NCBI GenBank assembly: GCA_964016885.1
Contig: OZ024750.1
Location: 16,988,001 to 17,052,000 of the forward strand
Length of the DNA: 64,000 nt
Origin: Eledone cirrhosa
Lineage: Eukaryota
Reading direction: 5' to 3'
The translations under genes were made by a program, and so were the position numbers. This document shows positions 14,783 to 27,924 of the stretch, in pieces (the first letter of the stretch is position 1; every line of letters begins with the position of its first letter). Under the pieces are notes generated by a model. It had not been told where the DNA came from. It worked only from the letters and a program-made list of their open reading frames with translations, and did no database searches.

Positions 14783-14785
<3 letters not shown>
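14648..14785 (-). mobile_element. (TA)n-anchored ~130-bp element family B (copies 4446-4514, 33867-34054, 38052-38250, 59039-59160, 63335-63523)
   Basis: Shared gtggtaagaaccaggtggaccataac...gtagtagagtgggtaatagga...ccgtttcgac; three copies carry an inverted partial duplicate. Confidence 0.85.
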
Positions 14786-14826
<41 letters not shown>

Positions 14827-14827
14827 T

Positions 14828-15082
14828 GATAAGGGTGTTAGACTTACGATCATAATGTCGTGGTTTCGATTCATGGGTTGCATGTTGTGTTCTTGAGCAA
14901 AACACTTCATTTCACGTTGCTCCAGTATACTCAGCTGAAAACGAGTATCAGCAATAGCTGGAGGTTTAACCCTGCGGTGGACTGGCGTCCAGTCCAGGGG
15001 ATGGGGGAGTCTAGTACTCTCAGTCGCTTCACGCCATAAAACCGGGATAAGGAACCGGCCAAATGAGCCTTCTAGCTTAAGA
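14828..15082 (+). mobile_element. Diverged tRNA-derived SINE with V-domain-like block
   Basis: gtgttcttgagcaaaacactt followed by cctgcggtggactggcgtccagtccagggg and gtcgcttcacgccataaaaccgggataa. Confidence 0.6.
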
Positions 15083-15355
15083 CAGACTTTAGACTTTTTA
15101 GATATATGTGTATGTTTGTGTGTGTCTGTGTGTGTATGTTTGTGTGTGTCTGTGTGTGTATGTGTGTGTATGTGTGTGTATGTGTATGTGTGTGTATGTG
15201 TATGTGTGTGTTTATACATGCATAACTAACATCCGATTATAAAAGGTATTCTTCCGAACCGACACCTTGTTTCTTTATTAATTCCTCTTTTGTTGTTATT
15301 GCTTTTACGTAGATGAAATCAACAATATATATATATGTGTGTGTGTGTATATATG

Positions 15356-15402
<47 letters not shown>

Positions 15403-15403
15403 G

Positions 15404-15434
<31 letters not shown>

Positions 15435-15498
15435 GTATATATGTATATATATATATATGTATACATATACATGAGTGTGTGTATATATATATGTATAT

Positions 15499-15550
<52 letters not shown>

Positions 15551-15607
15551 GCATACGTACTCACACAGATGTAACACACATATATATATACACACATATA
15601 TATATAT

Positions 15608-15694
<87 letters not shown>

Positions 15695-16053
15695 GTGTGT
15701 GTGTAGAATGATGTTTACTCATGGTTGTCAGCCTTTACAGATGGTTGCTAGGTGTTCTCTTAGTTACCACAGTCAATACGTCACCTAGGCAACAGATTCC
15801 TTCTTTCGGGTGCTTGTTTATAAAATCTATGTAGGTGTAATAATATAAAGAAGATACCTATGAATCAATTAATTGAGGTACTCCAGATATTATTTTAGTC
15901 ATGATACTTCATGTGCTGTTGTTGTTGTTGTTGTTGTTGTTGTTGGTGTTATTGTTGTAGTTAATCATTTTTAATGATTTCATTGAATCATTTATCATTA
16001 CAAATGTAACAGTTCAAAGACACCTATATGACAGATACACCACGTACGATACA

Positions 16054-16106
<53 letters not shown>

Positions 16107-16924
16107 ATGTGTTTTTAATGGTAGCTATGATGCTTCCATAGGCGGTATGCCAGTTGAGCACTCTATGTTCTTACAGAGCAGAGTGTGATATAATATAAAA
16201 AGAAAAATCAGTGATGCATCTGGACTCAGTTTGTGTGTTACAATATAATATAATATTATATTACATTATATTATATTATATTATATTATATATAGTACAA
16301 TAATTCCCGCTCTATATCACCACCTTTGTTTAGCTTTAGTTTTTGCATTGGACTATATTTGTAATATGGTTCAAAATAAAAACAAATAACGAAACGAAAT
16401 TAAATTTCGTTTCGTTTGTAACTCACTTTTGTATGACTGACGCTTAAACAATTAAGTTAAAAATGTACATCCACATATGTATACTGAAATACTAGTATGC
16501 ATATGAATACACACACGTGTACATATGTAGATGTACCGAGTTTTTCACTGGTCACTTTACTGTGAGTGTCCAGCTATTCTGTATGTAAACACACAGACAA
16601 ACCTGTTTTTAGAGTCATACTGGTTTTTGAGGAAACACCTTTCCTCTATTCTCCAGAAAGCCAGACAAGGAATATTGGACTAGTTTCGATGTTGTTACAT
16701 CTCATCAGCAATATTTACCCATCTTCCGGCCTTTCTAGAGAATCCTAAAAGCACATATCGTTATATGCTTTTTCTATGAAAATTAATGGTTCAAAATGTT
16801 ATTCACTTCCTTAGCAATTTTTACTTGATAATTTTTACCCGATAATTTTCCTATGCTTTAATGTATGTACACTCCATATTCTTCTGAGTTTTTGGCTTGT
16901 ATTGGCCGATAGTGCTTCTTATAG

Positions 16925-16978
16925 CTTTAATTGCCCTGATGAGTCCTTAATAGGACGAAACATTGTTGGCTAATAAAG
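16925..16978 (+). ncRNA. Minimal type I hammerhead ribozyme, canonical core
   Basis: cuuuaauugcc-CUGAUGA-GUCC-uuaaua-GGAC-GAAAC-auu-GUU-ggcuaauaaag; G10.1-C11.1 present, stem I 9/11 paired. Confidence 0.8.
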
Positions 16979-17218
16979 ACTTTTGATGTATTGAAGGCTT
17001 CTTTGGTTTATTTTCATAAATATATATATATATATACATATACATGTATGTATACATATATATATATATACATATATATATTTATTAAAATAACAGATTA
17101 AAGTTTAAGCAAAGAATCGCTGCTTTCACCCTTAACTTCAGAAGATCCCTTTTAGGGTGAAAGCAGCTATTATTTGCTTAAACTTTAATCTTAGTTATTT
17201 TAGTAAATATATACACAG

Positions 17219-17255
<37 letters not shown>

Positions 17256-17340
17256 CATATATAAATATATATATATATACATATATATATACATATATAT
17301 ATACATATATATATACATATATATATACATATATATATAC

Positions 17341-17402
<62 letters not shown>

Positions 17403-17422
17403 GTGTATATATATATATATAC

Positions 17423-17461
<39 letters not shown>

Positions 17462-17469
17462 TATACATA

Positions 17470-17509
<40 letters not shown>

Positions 17510-17514
17510 TATAC

Positions 17515-17563
<49 letters not shown>

Positions 17564-17613
17564 TACATATATATACATATGTGTATATATATATATATAC
17601 ATATATATACATA

Positions 17614-17645
<32 letters not shown>

Positions 17646-17646
17646 C

Positions 17647-17769
<123 letters not shown>

Positions 17770-17846
17770 TATGTATAAATATATACATATATATATATCA
17801 ATATATATGTACATACATGCATATATATATATACATATACACACAC

Positions 17847-17903
<57 letters not shown>

Positions 17904-18002
17904 CGGAAAATAAAAGTCATATATATATATGACTTTGATCTTCCGTATGACTTTTATTTTCTCTATCTATCCTTCGTGATCTTGTCTCTATTTTCTGTAC
18001 TG

Positions 18003-18030
18003 CTGAAGAAGGGCTGAAGCCCGATACGTC
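18003..18030 (+). ncRNA. Degenerate Penelope-type hammerhead
   Basis: CUGAAGA-a-GGGC-ugaa-GCCC-GAuAC-GUC; GAAA mutated and stem I eroded. Confidence 0.55.
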
Positions 18031-18819
18031 GAATTTTCTTTCCCTTTTTCATATAAAGCATGAAACTAATACAACTTTTTGTACCGCTGTTTTGTTGTTG
18101 GGCGGGGGGGGGGGGGGGGGCATCAACCTAGGGAAATTTTGCTTTAATATGTTGATGTGATTGTGATACAACTGTTTATTATTGCTAATGTGTTTGGTGT
18201 TGTGTGATGCTGTTGTTGTTATTGTTTTTATTTACATCTGTCCGCCATAGCAATCTAAACCATAACATTACGATCGTGAACGCAACACACAAACCACTCT
18301 GCCGCATGCATTCCTTATATAAAACAGCAGGAGCGTGAATTGAGGAACAATTTGATTGTTATATCTAGCAAGACTATTGGGTGACTACAAAGAGTCTCTG
18401 AGTTGTCACCAATAAATCCGTTAAATCCGAAACAGTGACGTAACAGATTGCACTACTCTGAGTTGTGCTTGAGTTTGCAACACATCCTTTCCTTGAAAAT
18501 CCCAACCTAATAGACATTAATAAAAGAAATAGCCGATCGTTAAATCTGACCAAGTAATCTATGTTTCCATTGGTCTTTCCTTTGCTAAAACTATCTGCCA
18601 GTAGCAACTACTGTCAGAAGAAAAAATATGATCGTCGCATCGGAACAAGTAAACAATATTTCTATTGGTCTTTCAATTGCTGATGCTATCTTGCAGTTGC
18701 AACTCCTGGCATAAAGAGGTGGGGTTTGAACGCCTAGGACCGGATCAGATACGACAAGGTATCCTGTCCTACTCTTTAACAAACAAACTATTCACTCCTT
18801 TTTGACTGATATTAATTAT

Positions 18820-19008
18820 GGCAGTGGATTGGCAGTATCGGTAGAGGGTCGGACGCCATACTTTGCAGCATAGAGTTACGTCCCTGTATGATCTAAGTTC
18901 AAATCCCGCCGAGGTTAACTTTGCCTTTCATCCTTACGTGGTCGATAAAATAAAGTACCAGTAATGCACTGGGTAATTGCTGGCCTTGTGCCTAAAGTAG
19001 AAACAATT
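18820..19008 (+). mobile_element. SINE copy, full length
   Basis: Match to dominant family; attaattat on both flanks. Confidence 0.9.
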
Positions 19009-19479
19009 AATTATCAAGCCCGAAATGATGGATGGCAAAGCTGACCTCGGTGAGATTTCAACTTACAACGCAATGAGCCGGAACATATACAACATATCAG
19101 GCGGGTGATTATGAAGAGGCTCTTCGCTGTTATCAATAAACTTACAGCATCTGAAGCAGTAACATAACTATAAATTGTGCCACACGTCCTTGCGTTTACT
19201 AAACAGCCACACAGAGAAAACTTCCACGAAAAATACAAAGTAATACATATAAGAAAAATCAGCTGAACGCATTGCCCGCGAGCGGAGCACCACCCTACTT
19301 CGTCACTCCGCAACTATCTACTTTACTGATGTGCAGTTAAACAAGATGGCAGCTATTTCTGTTATTTCCTGCTTGACTACACTTTATCTAATCTAATATG
19401 ATGATCATATTGCAAAATGTCATGGTAGTTAACGTTGCCACCATGTCTGATATTTCTCGCAAATAATACATACATACAT

Positions 19480-19585
<106 letters not shown>

Positions 19586-19753
19586 ATATATGCTTCCATT
19601 TCTCTAATTACACAGATAGATTCCACCCACTACATCACAGCATATCAATTCTCTTTCCCCGTTACAACTACCAGCCCTCCGCCCTAACCTCATCACAATA
19701 AACAATGCCAACCCCTCCCCGCATACAAAAACATATATAAAAAATGTCTATAT

Positions 19754-19788
<35 letters not shown>

Positions 19789-19829
19789 ATACTAATACTA
19801 CAACTACTACTATTACTTATAATAATATT

Positions 19830-19967
19830 GATGATTTCTGATTTAAGCACAAGGCCAGCAATTTGAAGGGGGAGGGAAAAGTCGATTAAATCGGCCCCAG
19901 TGTATTACTGGTACTTTATTTTATCGACCCCCGAAAGGATACAAGGCAAAGTTAACCGCGGTGAGAT
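19830..19967 (-). mobile_element. SINE, long-tail subfamily
   Basis: Carries the extra gggggagggaaaagtcgattaaatcg block also seen near 25255, 30917, 31130 and 63237. Confidence 0.8.
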
Positions 19968-20076
19968 TAACAAAAAATTATGAAGGTGATGATGGTAATG
20001 ATGATGATGATGGTGTTGTTAAGGATCACGACGACCACAACGATGACAATATTGATGACTATAATGCTGCTGCTCG

Positions 20077-20125
<49 letters not shown>

Positions 20126-21666
20126 AATGATGATCGTTGCTGTTGTTATGGTGGTAGTGGTAGTGGTGGTGGTGGTAATGATGATGCTCTAATTTGATCA
20201 TTGAAAGTTTAAAGATTATTAGAGAGAGAAGAAAAAAAACTTCACAGGTTTAACAAATGCCAACAGACCACTCCTGACGAATGACTGCATCGGGTGTGTA
20301 TGTGTGTGTGTGTTTATATGTGTGTATGTGTGTGTGTGTATGTGTGTGTTTATATGTATATGTGTGTGTGTGTATGTGTGAGTGCGTGCGTGTATGTTTG
20401 TGCGTGTATATGAGTGTGAGTGTGTGTTTGTGCGTGCAAGTGTGTGAGCCTATATGCTGTTGTTGTAGTTGTTTTTTTCTTCTTTTTTTTTGTACTTTTT
20501 GTTTTGGTTTATATTTTTCTATGTTGTTCTTTACAGTTTGGCATTGTTTTTGTTGGTTTCTCCCCAAGAAATAATTGTTAAGAATTCCAAAGAGTAATTC
20601 CACCAGTGACAATGGTGAACAGAAAGCAAGTAATTTACTTTGTCTTTTATATCTTCCATCTTCATCTGAACATCATTAACTAAATGTTACAATTACTTTT
20701 ATCTTCTTCTTCTTTTTCTTCTTCTTTGTCTTCTTTAGAACACCAGATTAAATGCATTACGGCACTTGTTCCGACTGACTGTGAGAGCTGTGAGTTCAAA
20801 TCTTGCTTAAGTCAACACTCTTTATTATCCTTCTGAAGTCCATAAATAAAGTACCAGTTAAATATTGAGGATGGCGAATTGGTGAAATTATTGTATGTAT
20901 GGACCTATAACTCTTTAATGAGTTTTTGAGGCGCCGTATTAACATACAGCGTTTATAGGGCACTTTTTAAACCTGGCGGAGCCCATCTCTTCTCCATGTC
21001 TGAATACAACAGGTTTCTTCCAGAGAAGGATAAAGTGAGAAAATGGAAGTGAGAAAGAGATAAGATGAAGAATTCGCTGCCCAGTGATAGGAAACGTTTA
21101 CCTCGGTGGGGCTTGAACTCAGAAAGCGGAGAGCCGAAATTAATACTGCACAGCATTCTATCCGATGTTCTAATGATGCTACCAATCTGCCGCCTGCGAA
21201 ATTATTAGAGCGTCGAAATTAGGCCTATTGACTCTCTGAGCATGTCATCTGTTCAAATCCCGCCGAGGTCAACCTTGCCTTTCATCTAACATCTTTCCGG
21301 AGTCGATAAATATATTATCAATTAAATACTGCAGTCGGAATAATTGAATATAGCTTTCTCCAATATTTGAGGCCTTATGTTAACATTAATTTAAATATTG
21401 CTCCTCATTCGGGCGGCATTTCAAATAATATATTTATTTCAACGATTCTCCACGGCTATATGCCACGAATCCACCGCCTTTAGTATATACCATAGCCAAA
21501 AGAGCACGGATTTTTGTATTGCATCCTTTCGTATTTAATTAACCCGGAGAGAAAATATAAGTTGATTGATATCGGCGGGTTTAGAACTCCACAGCCCTTT
21601 CCTACGTATTCCTCGAAAAAACGAGTGTTCAATCTTGTCATAAGTGCTGGGCGTAGATTGGCAAGG

Positions 21667-21869
21667 GGCGGTGGATTGGCAGTATCGGTTATAGGGTCGG
21701 ACGCCATGTTTTGACGCATAGAGTTTACGGCCCTTGCTATTCTGAGTTCAAATCCCACCGAGGTTAACTTTGCCTTTCATCCTTACGGAGGGGTCGGTGG
21801 TCGATAAAATAAAGTACCAGTAATGCACTGAGGTAATGGCTGGCCTTGTGCCAAAAGTAGAAACAATTA
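21667..21869 (+). mobile_element. SINE copy, full length
   Basis: Match to dominant family with a small internal insertion. Confidence 0.9.
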
Positions 21870-22119
21870 TTGCTTTTTATTGTTGCTGTTCTGGTTGTTC
21901 TTGTATGTATAAGTAGTGTCGATGAAAGTTGCGCTAGATGAAACAACCATTGCTGCTGTTTCTGTTGCTGTGATTGTTCTTCTTCTTGCTGTGGTTGTTG
22001 CAATTGTTGTTGCCACTGCTGCAGCCCTAACTGCTGCAATCGCAGTTACTCTGATCTGGTCATTAATCATACGAACAGAGAAACAAGAACTGTTTTGATA
22101 ATTGCTCTTCTCCCCCCCC

Positions 22120-22191
<72 letters not shown>

Positions 22192-22322
22192 ATATTTGTA
22201 TGTATATATATATGTATATATACATATATGTATATATTTATGTATATATACATACATATATGTATATATGTATATATATATGTATGTATGTATATATATA
22301 TATATGTATATGTATATATATG

Positions 22323-22359
<37 letters not shown>

Positions 22360-22789
22360 ACATGAATGATGAAGAATTTTCAAAAGAGAACGAAAAAAGA
22401 AAATGACGAAGACATCGGACGGAAATAAAATAAAAACAAGATAAATGATAAATGAATAAATAAGATATAGAAAGAAAATGGCGGATAAATTGTGATTGAA
22501 ATATTAATGGGATAACGATATATGATAGAGAGAGAGGGTAGAAGTAGGAAGGGTGTGAATAAGTAGAGGAAAGGAGAGAGAAAAAGAGAGCGAAAAATAG
22601 TGGGGGGGGGGGGCAGAAAACGAGTAAATAGAGGAAAGGAGTATGAGAGAGAGAGAAAGGTTTGTAAATAGAATGAAAGTTGTGATCAATAGTTGAAGGA
22701 GTAACTTCTGTTTGAATGGAAACTACAAGTGGTGTGTAGGTTTAGTGGGAGTTAAAGATGAAAGAAAACCTCAATTCATAAGAAGACAC

Positions 22790-23690
22790 CAAACGATGAT
22801 AGTATGATTTAGCTAAAGAAATATGATAGATAACGTCAGCTAGCCATTTTGAATTGCTGTAGCAAAGTTTGAAAAGGTTTATTTATTCAATTTTTTCAAG
22901 TTACAACTGCGATGCAAGTTCAATTCAGTATTCGAAAGATTTCATTTCTTTTTTTTTTTTTTTTTTTTTTGGTATCTGCAAAATCCTGGCTTGACTTAAT
23001 CATTTAGTCATAAATTCGTTCTCTCAAGATGATATTCTTTCCTACAGAAGAGATAAGACTTTTGGTGGTATCAACCTATCAAATGTTGATAGAAAAAATT
23101 GGCTAAAAAATATTATATATATCGTCAGTTAGCCATTTTGATTCGCTGTATCAACGTTTGAAAAGATTTACTCAATCAATTTTCTAGCTGTGACTGGGAT
23201 GTCTGTTTGATACAGCGCTGGAAAAGATTTCGACTTTTTCTTCTCTATACCCACACATTTCTGGATTCTGTATAGGAATCTATTCCATTAGGTTGATATG
23301 TTTTTCCAACACTAGATGGAGATATGATTTTTGGTATTAGTACAAGGAAGAAGGTATGATTTGACTAAAGAAGTACAATAGATACCACCAAGTAGTCATT
23401 TTGAATATCTGTAGTAACATTTGAATAGACTTTTTCATTAAAATTTTCCCGTAGTAACTGTAATGTGAGTTCGAGTCAGCATTCGAAAGATATATTTATT
23501 TCTGGATACCTGAGATGTTTCCTACATCTTATGTAGATATAAATTTTAGTAGTAGCCCAAGAACGAATTAGAAGATACCAACCGTTAATAGTATGGGTTA
23601 ATTAAATAATTATGATTCGCGGTAGCAAATTTCAAGCCATAACTGTGATACAAATTCGATAGAACGTTGGAAAAGGTTTCGTTTAGTTTT
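22790..23690. repeat. Old diverged tandem repeat, ~270-290 bp unit, 3-4 copies
   Basis: cgtcag(c/t)tagccattttga...tgtagcaa..tttgaaaag at ~22833, ~23122 and ~23390. Confidence 0.65.
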
Positions 23691-24405
23691 ATTAAAATTA
23701 GGGTGACGGGGTTTTTCTGTAAAATATGTTTATGGGTTCCACAATTTTCGGAAAGTGCATAAGGGTTCATAACACATGTTTAATTGAATCTACAACATGT
23801 AAGACTTGTAACAAGAAAATAGAGGATAATACAGATTCATTCGTGGAAAGCAACTTGAATGCAAAATACTTAGTTCGGCGCTCTAACTTTTCTGAAAATT
23901 CGCTTTCCTATCTCTACAAAGCTTTATTATATTGACCAAAGGCATAGATAGTAAACGGTGATTGGTGGAAAATAAAGAAAATAATCGAGTATTTATGGAC
24001 GCCGGGCAGAAATTATTGGATACAAAATGGCGCACAAATGATTTTAATAATCGTTGCGATTCATAATCTGTTTAGATGTGTTGGTAAGTAAAGAATAATG
24101 AGATTACATATGAGCAATAATTGATCGTATGTTAGATATAATTGGAGCCAATGCACGATTTATTACTATTAATGTGTGTGTGTGTGAGTGAGTGAGTGTG
24201 TGAGTGTGTGTGTGTGTATGAGAGAGAGAGAGAGAGAGAGAGTATGGTGTATGTTTGTGTGCTGTGTGATATATGCGTGTTGTGTGAGTGTTCTGTGTGT
24301 TTTGCTATGATGTGTTGTGTTTGCAATGTTATATATTTATGAATATTTTGTTATCTACTTCTACTGTTGCTATTAATACTACTAGTGTTAGTACTAGTGG
24401 TAGTG

Positions 24406-24468
<63 letters not shown>

Positions 24469-24883
24469 ATAGGTAGTGGGGTGGTGGGAATCGTGGAGTA
24501 AGTAAGGATTATAGAGACGTGAACAAGGAGAGAGAGTTTACTATTACTATCAACATATACTATATACATATATACATATATATAAATAAATATAAGGGGG
24601 AAATGGTGGGTAGTTGTTTGCGCATGTGTAATAGGCAGTAGTATAAGTAGTGAGAATTATGTTGTAAGTAGACAAGCTAGGAATAGATACAATGAAGGAA
24701 GATGTGAAATAATAACAGAGTGTGAAAATGATTCATGAAGTAAATAAGATGAGGAGTAAAAATATAATTAAATGGTAAAGAGAAAATCAGTGATGGGAAT
24801 TATGTGTGTATGTAGTAAGAGCATGATCATAGAAAGTAGAATATAGATATTTTAAATTCATGTGACCAATAAATGAAACCATT

Positions 24884-25314
24884 GGTGGTTTGGCAGTATC
24901 GGTAGAGCGTCAGACACCATGCTTTGCAGCATAGAGTTATGGCCTTTTACGTTCTGAATTCAAATCCAGCCGAGGTTAGTTTTGCTTTTCATTCTTACGG
25001 GGTCGATAAAATAAAGCACCAGTAATGGACTGGGGGTAATTGCTGGCCTAGTGCCAAAAGTAAAAACATTATTATTATTAGTAGTATTATTATTAAGGGG
25101 GGGGGGGTTGATTGGCAGATTCGGTAAATCGTCGGACATCATGCTTTGCAGCATATAGTTGCGTCCCTTTACGTTCTGAGTTCAAATCCCTCCAATTTTA
25201 CCTTTGTTTTTCATCCTTACGATTTCGATAAATAAAGCACCAGTAATGCACTGGGTCGATTTAATCGACTTTCCCCTCCCCCAAAATTGCTGGCCTTGTG
25301 CCTAAATGAGAAAC

Positions 25315-25318
<4 letters not shown>
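24884..25318 (+). mobile_element. Two tandem SINE copies
   Basis: 24884-25071 and 25105-25318. Confidence 0.85.
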
Positions 25319-25345
<27 letters not shown>

Positions 25346-25666
25346 TTATTATTATTATTATCATCATTGAGATTAACTAACTCTACTTGCTAAATAAGGA
25401 AAATAAATCTCAAACGGATTTCCTTACTAAATAAACTTGACTATCTAAATAAATTTTCTCGTTAAGCAAAGCTATCTTGCTAAGCAAATTTCATTAGCTG
25501 TACAAACTTTTCTAAGTAAAATGCCGTCAGTTAACAAGCTTCTAAGATAAACACATACACACACAGAGACAGACAGAAATACACACACAGAGAGAAACAC
25601 AGAAACACACAGACGCATACAAAACGTGTGTGTGAGAGAGAAATTTAGAGAGAGAGAGAGAAATTT

Positions 25667-25697
<31 letters not shown>

Positions 25698-25964
25698 GAG
25701 AAAGTGGGACAGAGAGAGAGTGGGAGAGAGAGGGGGGGGGGGCGGAGACTTTATAATTTAACAATCTACTTATTTAAACAAACATCTCTATCTAAATTTG
25801 CTGTCGTATCAAACGGAAATCATTCACTAAAACATTCCTTCACTAGATGCATTAGTTTTACATAAGTATTCTCCTATCTTCTCCGAAACAGTGGATGCTG
25901 ACTTAATCTATTGACTTTATTCTCTTACGTCTAACCAGCTCATCATTATTCCTGCAGCTAAGGA

Positions 25965-26173
25965 AGGTAGATTGACAGTATCGACAGGGCGTCGGACAAC
26001 GTGCTGTATAGCATAGAGTTACAGCCCTTTACGTTCTGAGTTCAAATCTCACCGGGGTTAGTTTTCCCATTCATTCTTACGGGGTCAATAAAATAAAGTA
26101 CCAGTAACGAACTAGGGTCGATTTAAACGACTTTCCTAAAATTGCTGGCATTGGACCTAAATCTGAAACCATT
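25965..26173 (+). mobile_element. SINE copy (diverged)
   Basis: Head, B box, central block and tail recognisable. Confidence 0.8.
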
Positions 26174-26221
26174 ATTCCTGCATCTAGAGAAAAATACAGT
26201 ATACTGGGTCTCATAGATAAG

Positions 26222-26885
26222 TGTTTCTACTTTTGGCACAAGGCCAGCAGTTACGCAGTGGATTACTGGTACTTTATTTTATCGACTCCATAAGGGTGAA
26301 AAGCAAAGTTAACCTCGGCGGGAACTGAACTCAGAATGGCAAGGGTTGTAACTCTATGCCTCAAAGCATGGCGTCCGACCCTCCACCGATTTATATATAT
26401 AGAAAATGGTTCCGATTTAGTGACCTCAGTAGACCACAAAGGAAGAAGAACTCAATACATATAATTGTTTCTAGTTTAGGCACAAGGCCAGCAATTACCC
26501 AGTGCATTACCGGTACTTTATTTTATCGACTCCGTAAGGGTGAAAAGCAAAGTTAACCTCGGCGGGAACTGAACTCAGAATGGCAAGGGTTGTAACTCTA
26601 TGCCTCAAAGCATGGCGTCCGACCCTCTACCGATTTATATATATAGAAAATGGTTCCGATTTAGTGACCTCAGTAGACCACAAAGGAAGAAGAACTCAAT
26701 ACATATAATTGTTTCTAGTTTAGGCACAAGGCCAGCAATTACCCAGTGCATTACTGGTACTTTATTTTATCGACCCCGTAAGGATGAAAGGCAAAGTCAA
26801 CCTCGGCAGGATTTGAACTCAGATCGTAAAGGGACATAACTATGCTGGAAAGCATGGCGTCCGACCCTCTACCGATATTGCCAAT
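26222..26885 (-). mobile_element. Three SINE copies in a 244-bp-period tandem array
   Basis: Identical spacer ...gaaaatggttccgatttagtgacctcagtagaccacaaagg... at 26402 and 26646. Confidence 0.9.
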
Positions 26886-27000
26886 CATACATATAATACA
26901 GTGCATATATAAGTTGACTCTCTGAAGGGGCTTAATGTACACTCGCACTGTTGAAACATCGTGGCGATGTTGTAAGAAAATGAATACATCAACTATATGC

Positions 27001-27063
<63 letters not shown>

Positions 27064-27364
27064 TGTATGTGAGAGAGAGTGTGTGTGTGTGTGTGTGTGT
27101 GGTGCGCGCGTGTGTGTGCGTGTGTCACTAAACGACACACAATCTCAGATAGATCAAGTAACTTGCCAGACATTGACGAGATCTCTATTTAAATACAAGA
27201 ATCAGCTTATAACAATCTTTTAGTTCCTAGACAATGAACTTTAGCGAGGAAACACCGTAGATTTCATCATCACAATTACACCTCCTCTGGCTAATTTCTA
27301 CATACTTTCTTTCGTTCTTATCCTACCGTCTCCCGCCTTCTCTTTCTACCTCTCTTTCCTACCC

Positions 27365-27397
<33 letters not shown>

Positions 27398-27692
27398 CTT
27401 TCACTCTCTCTGTGTCGCCAAGGCTCTTTCGGCGATCTATATTATGTCTAACTTCCTTATCCATCTATCGATACACGTATTCTCTTATATATACATACAT
27501 ACATACATATATATATATATATACACACACACATATATATGTACACACACACACACACATATGTACACACACACACACACACACACATATGTACACACAC
27601 ACACACATATGTACACACACACACACACATACATATGTACACACACACACACACATACATATGTACACACACACACACACACATATATATAC

Positions 27693-27729
<37 letters not shown>

Positions 27730-27858
27730 TATTAGATAAGGTAAGAGAAAGTGAAATATATTAACATATTAAGGAGGCGCTGGAAAATTGCGGAGAGGAT
27801 AGTGTGTGAGAGTGTGCGTATGGTTGCGTGTGTATGTATATCTGCAAGTAAGTATATA

Positions 27859-27924
<66 letters not shown>

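Noticed and set aside
23726-23935. TTCKTCNKK ORF as a second GIY-YIG fragment
   Set aside because: CxxC is present but no YIG motif follows; too weak.
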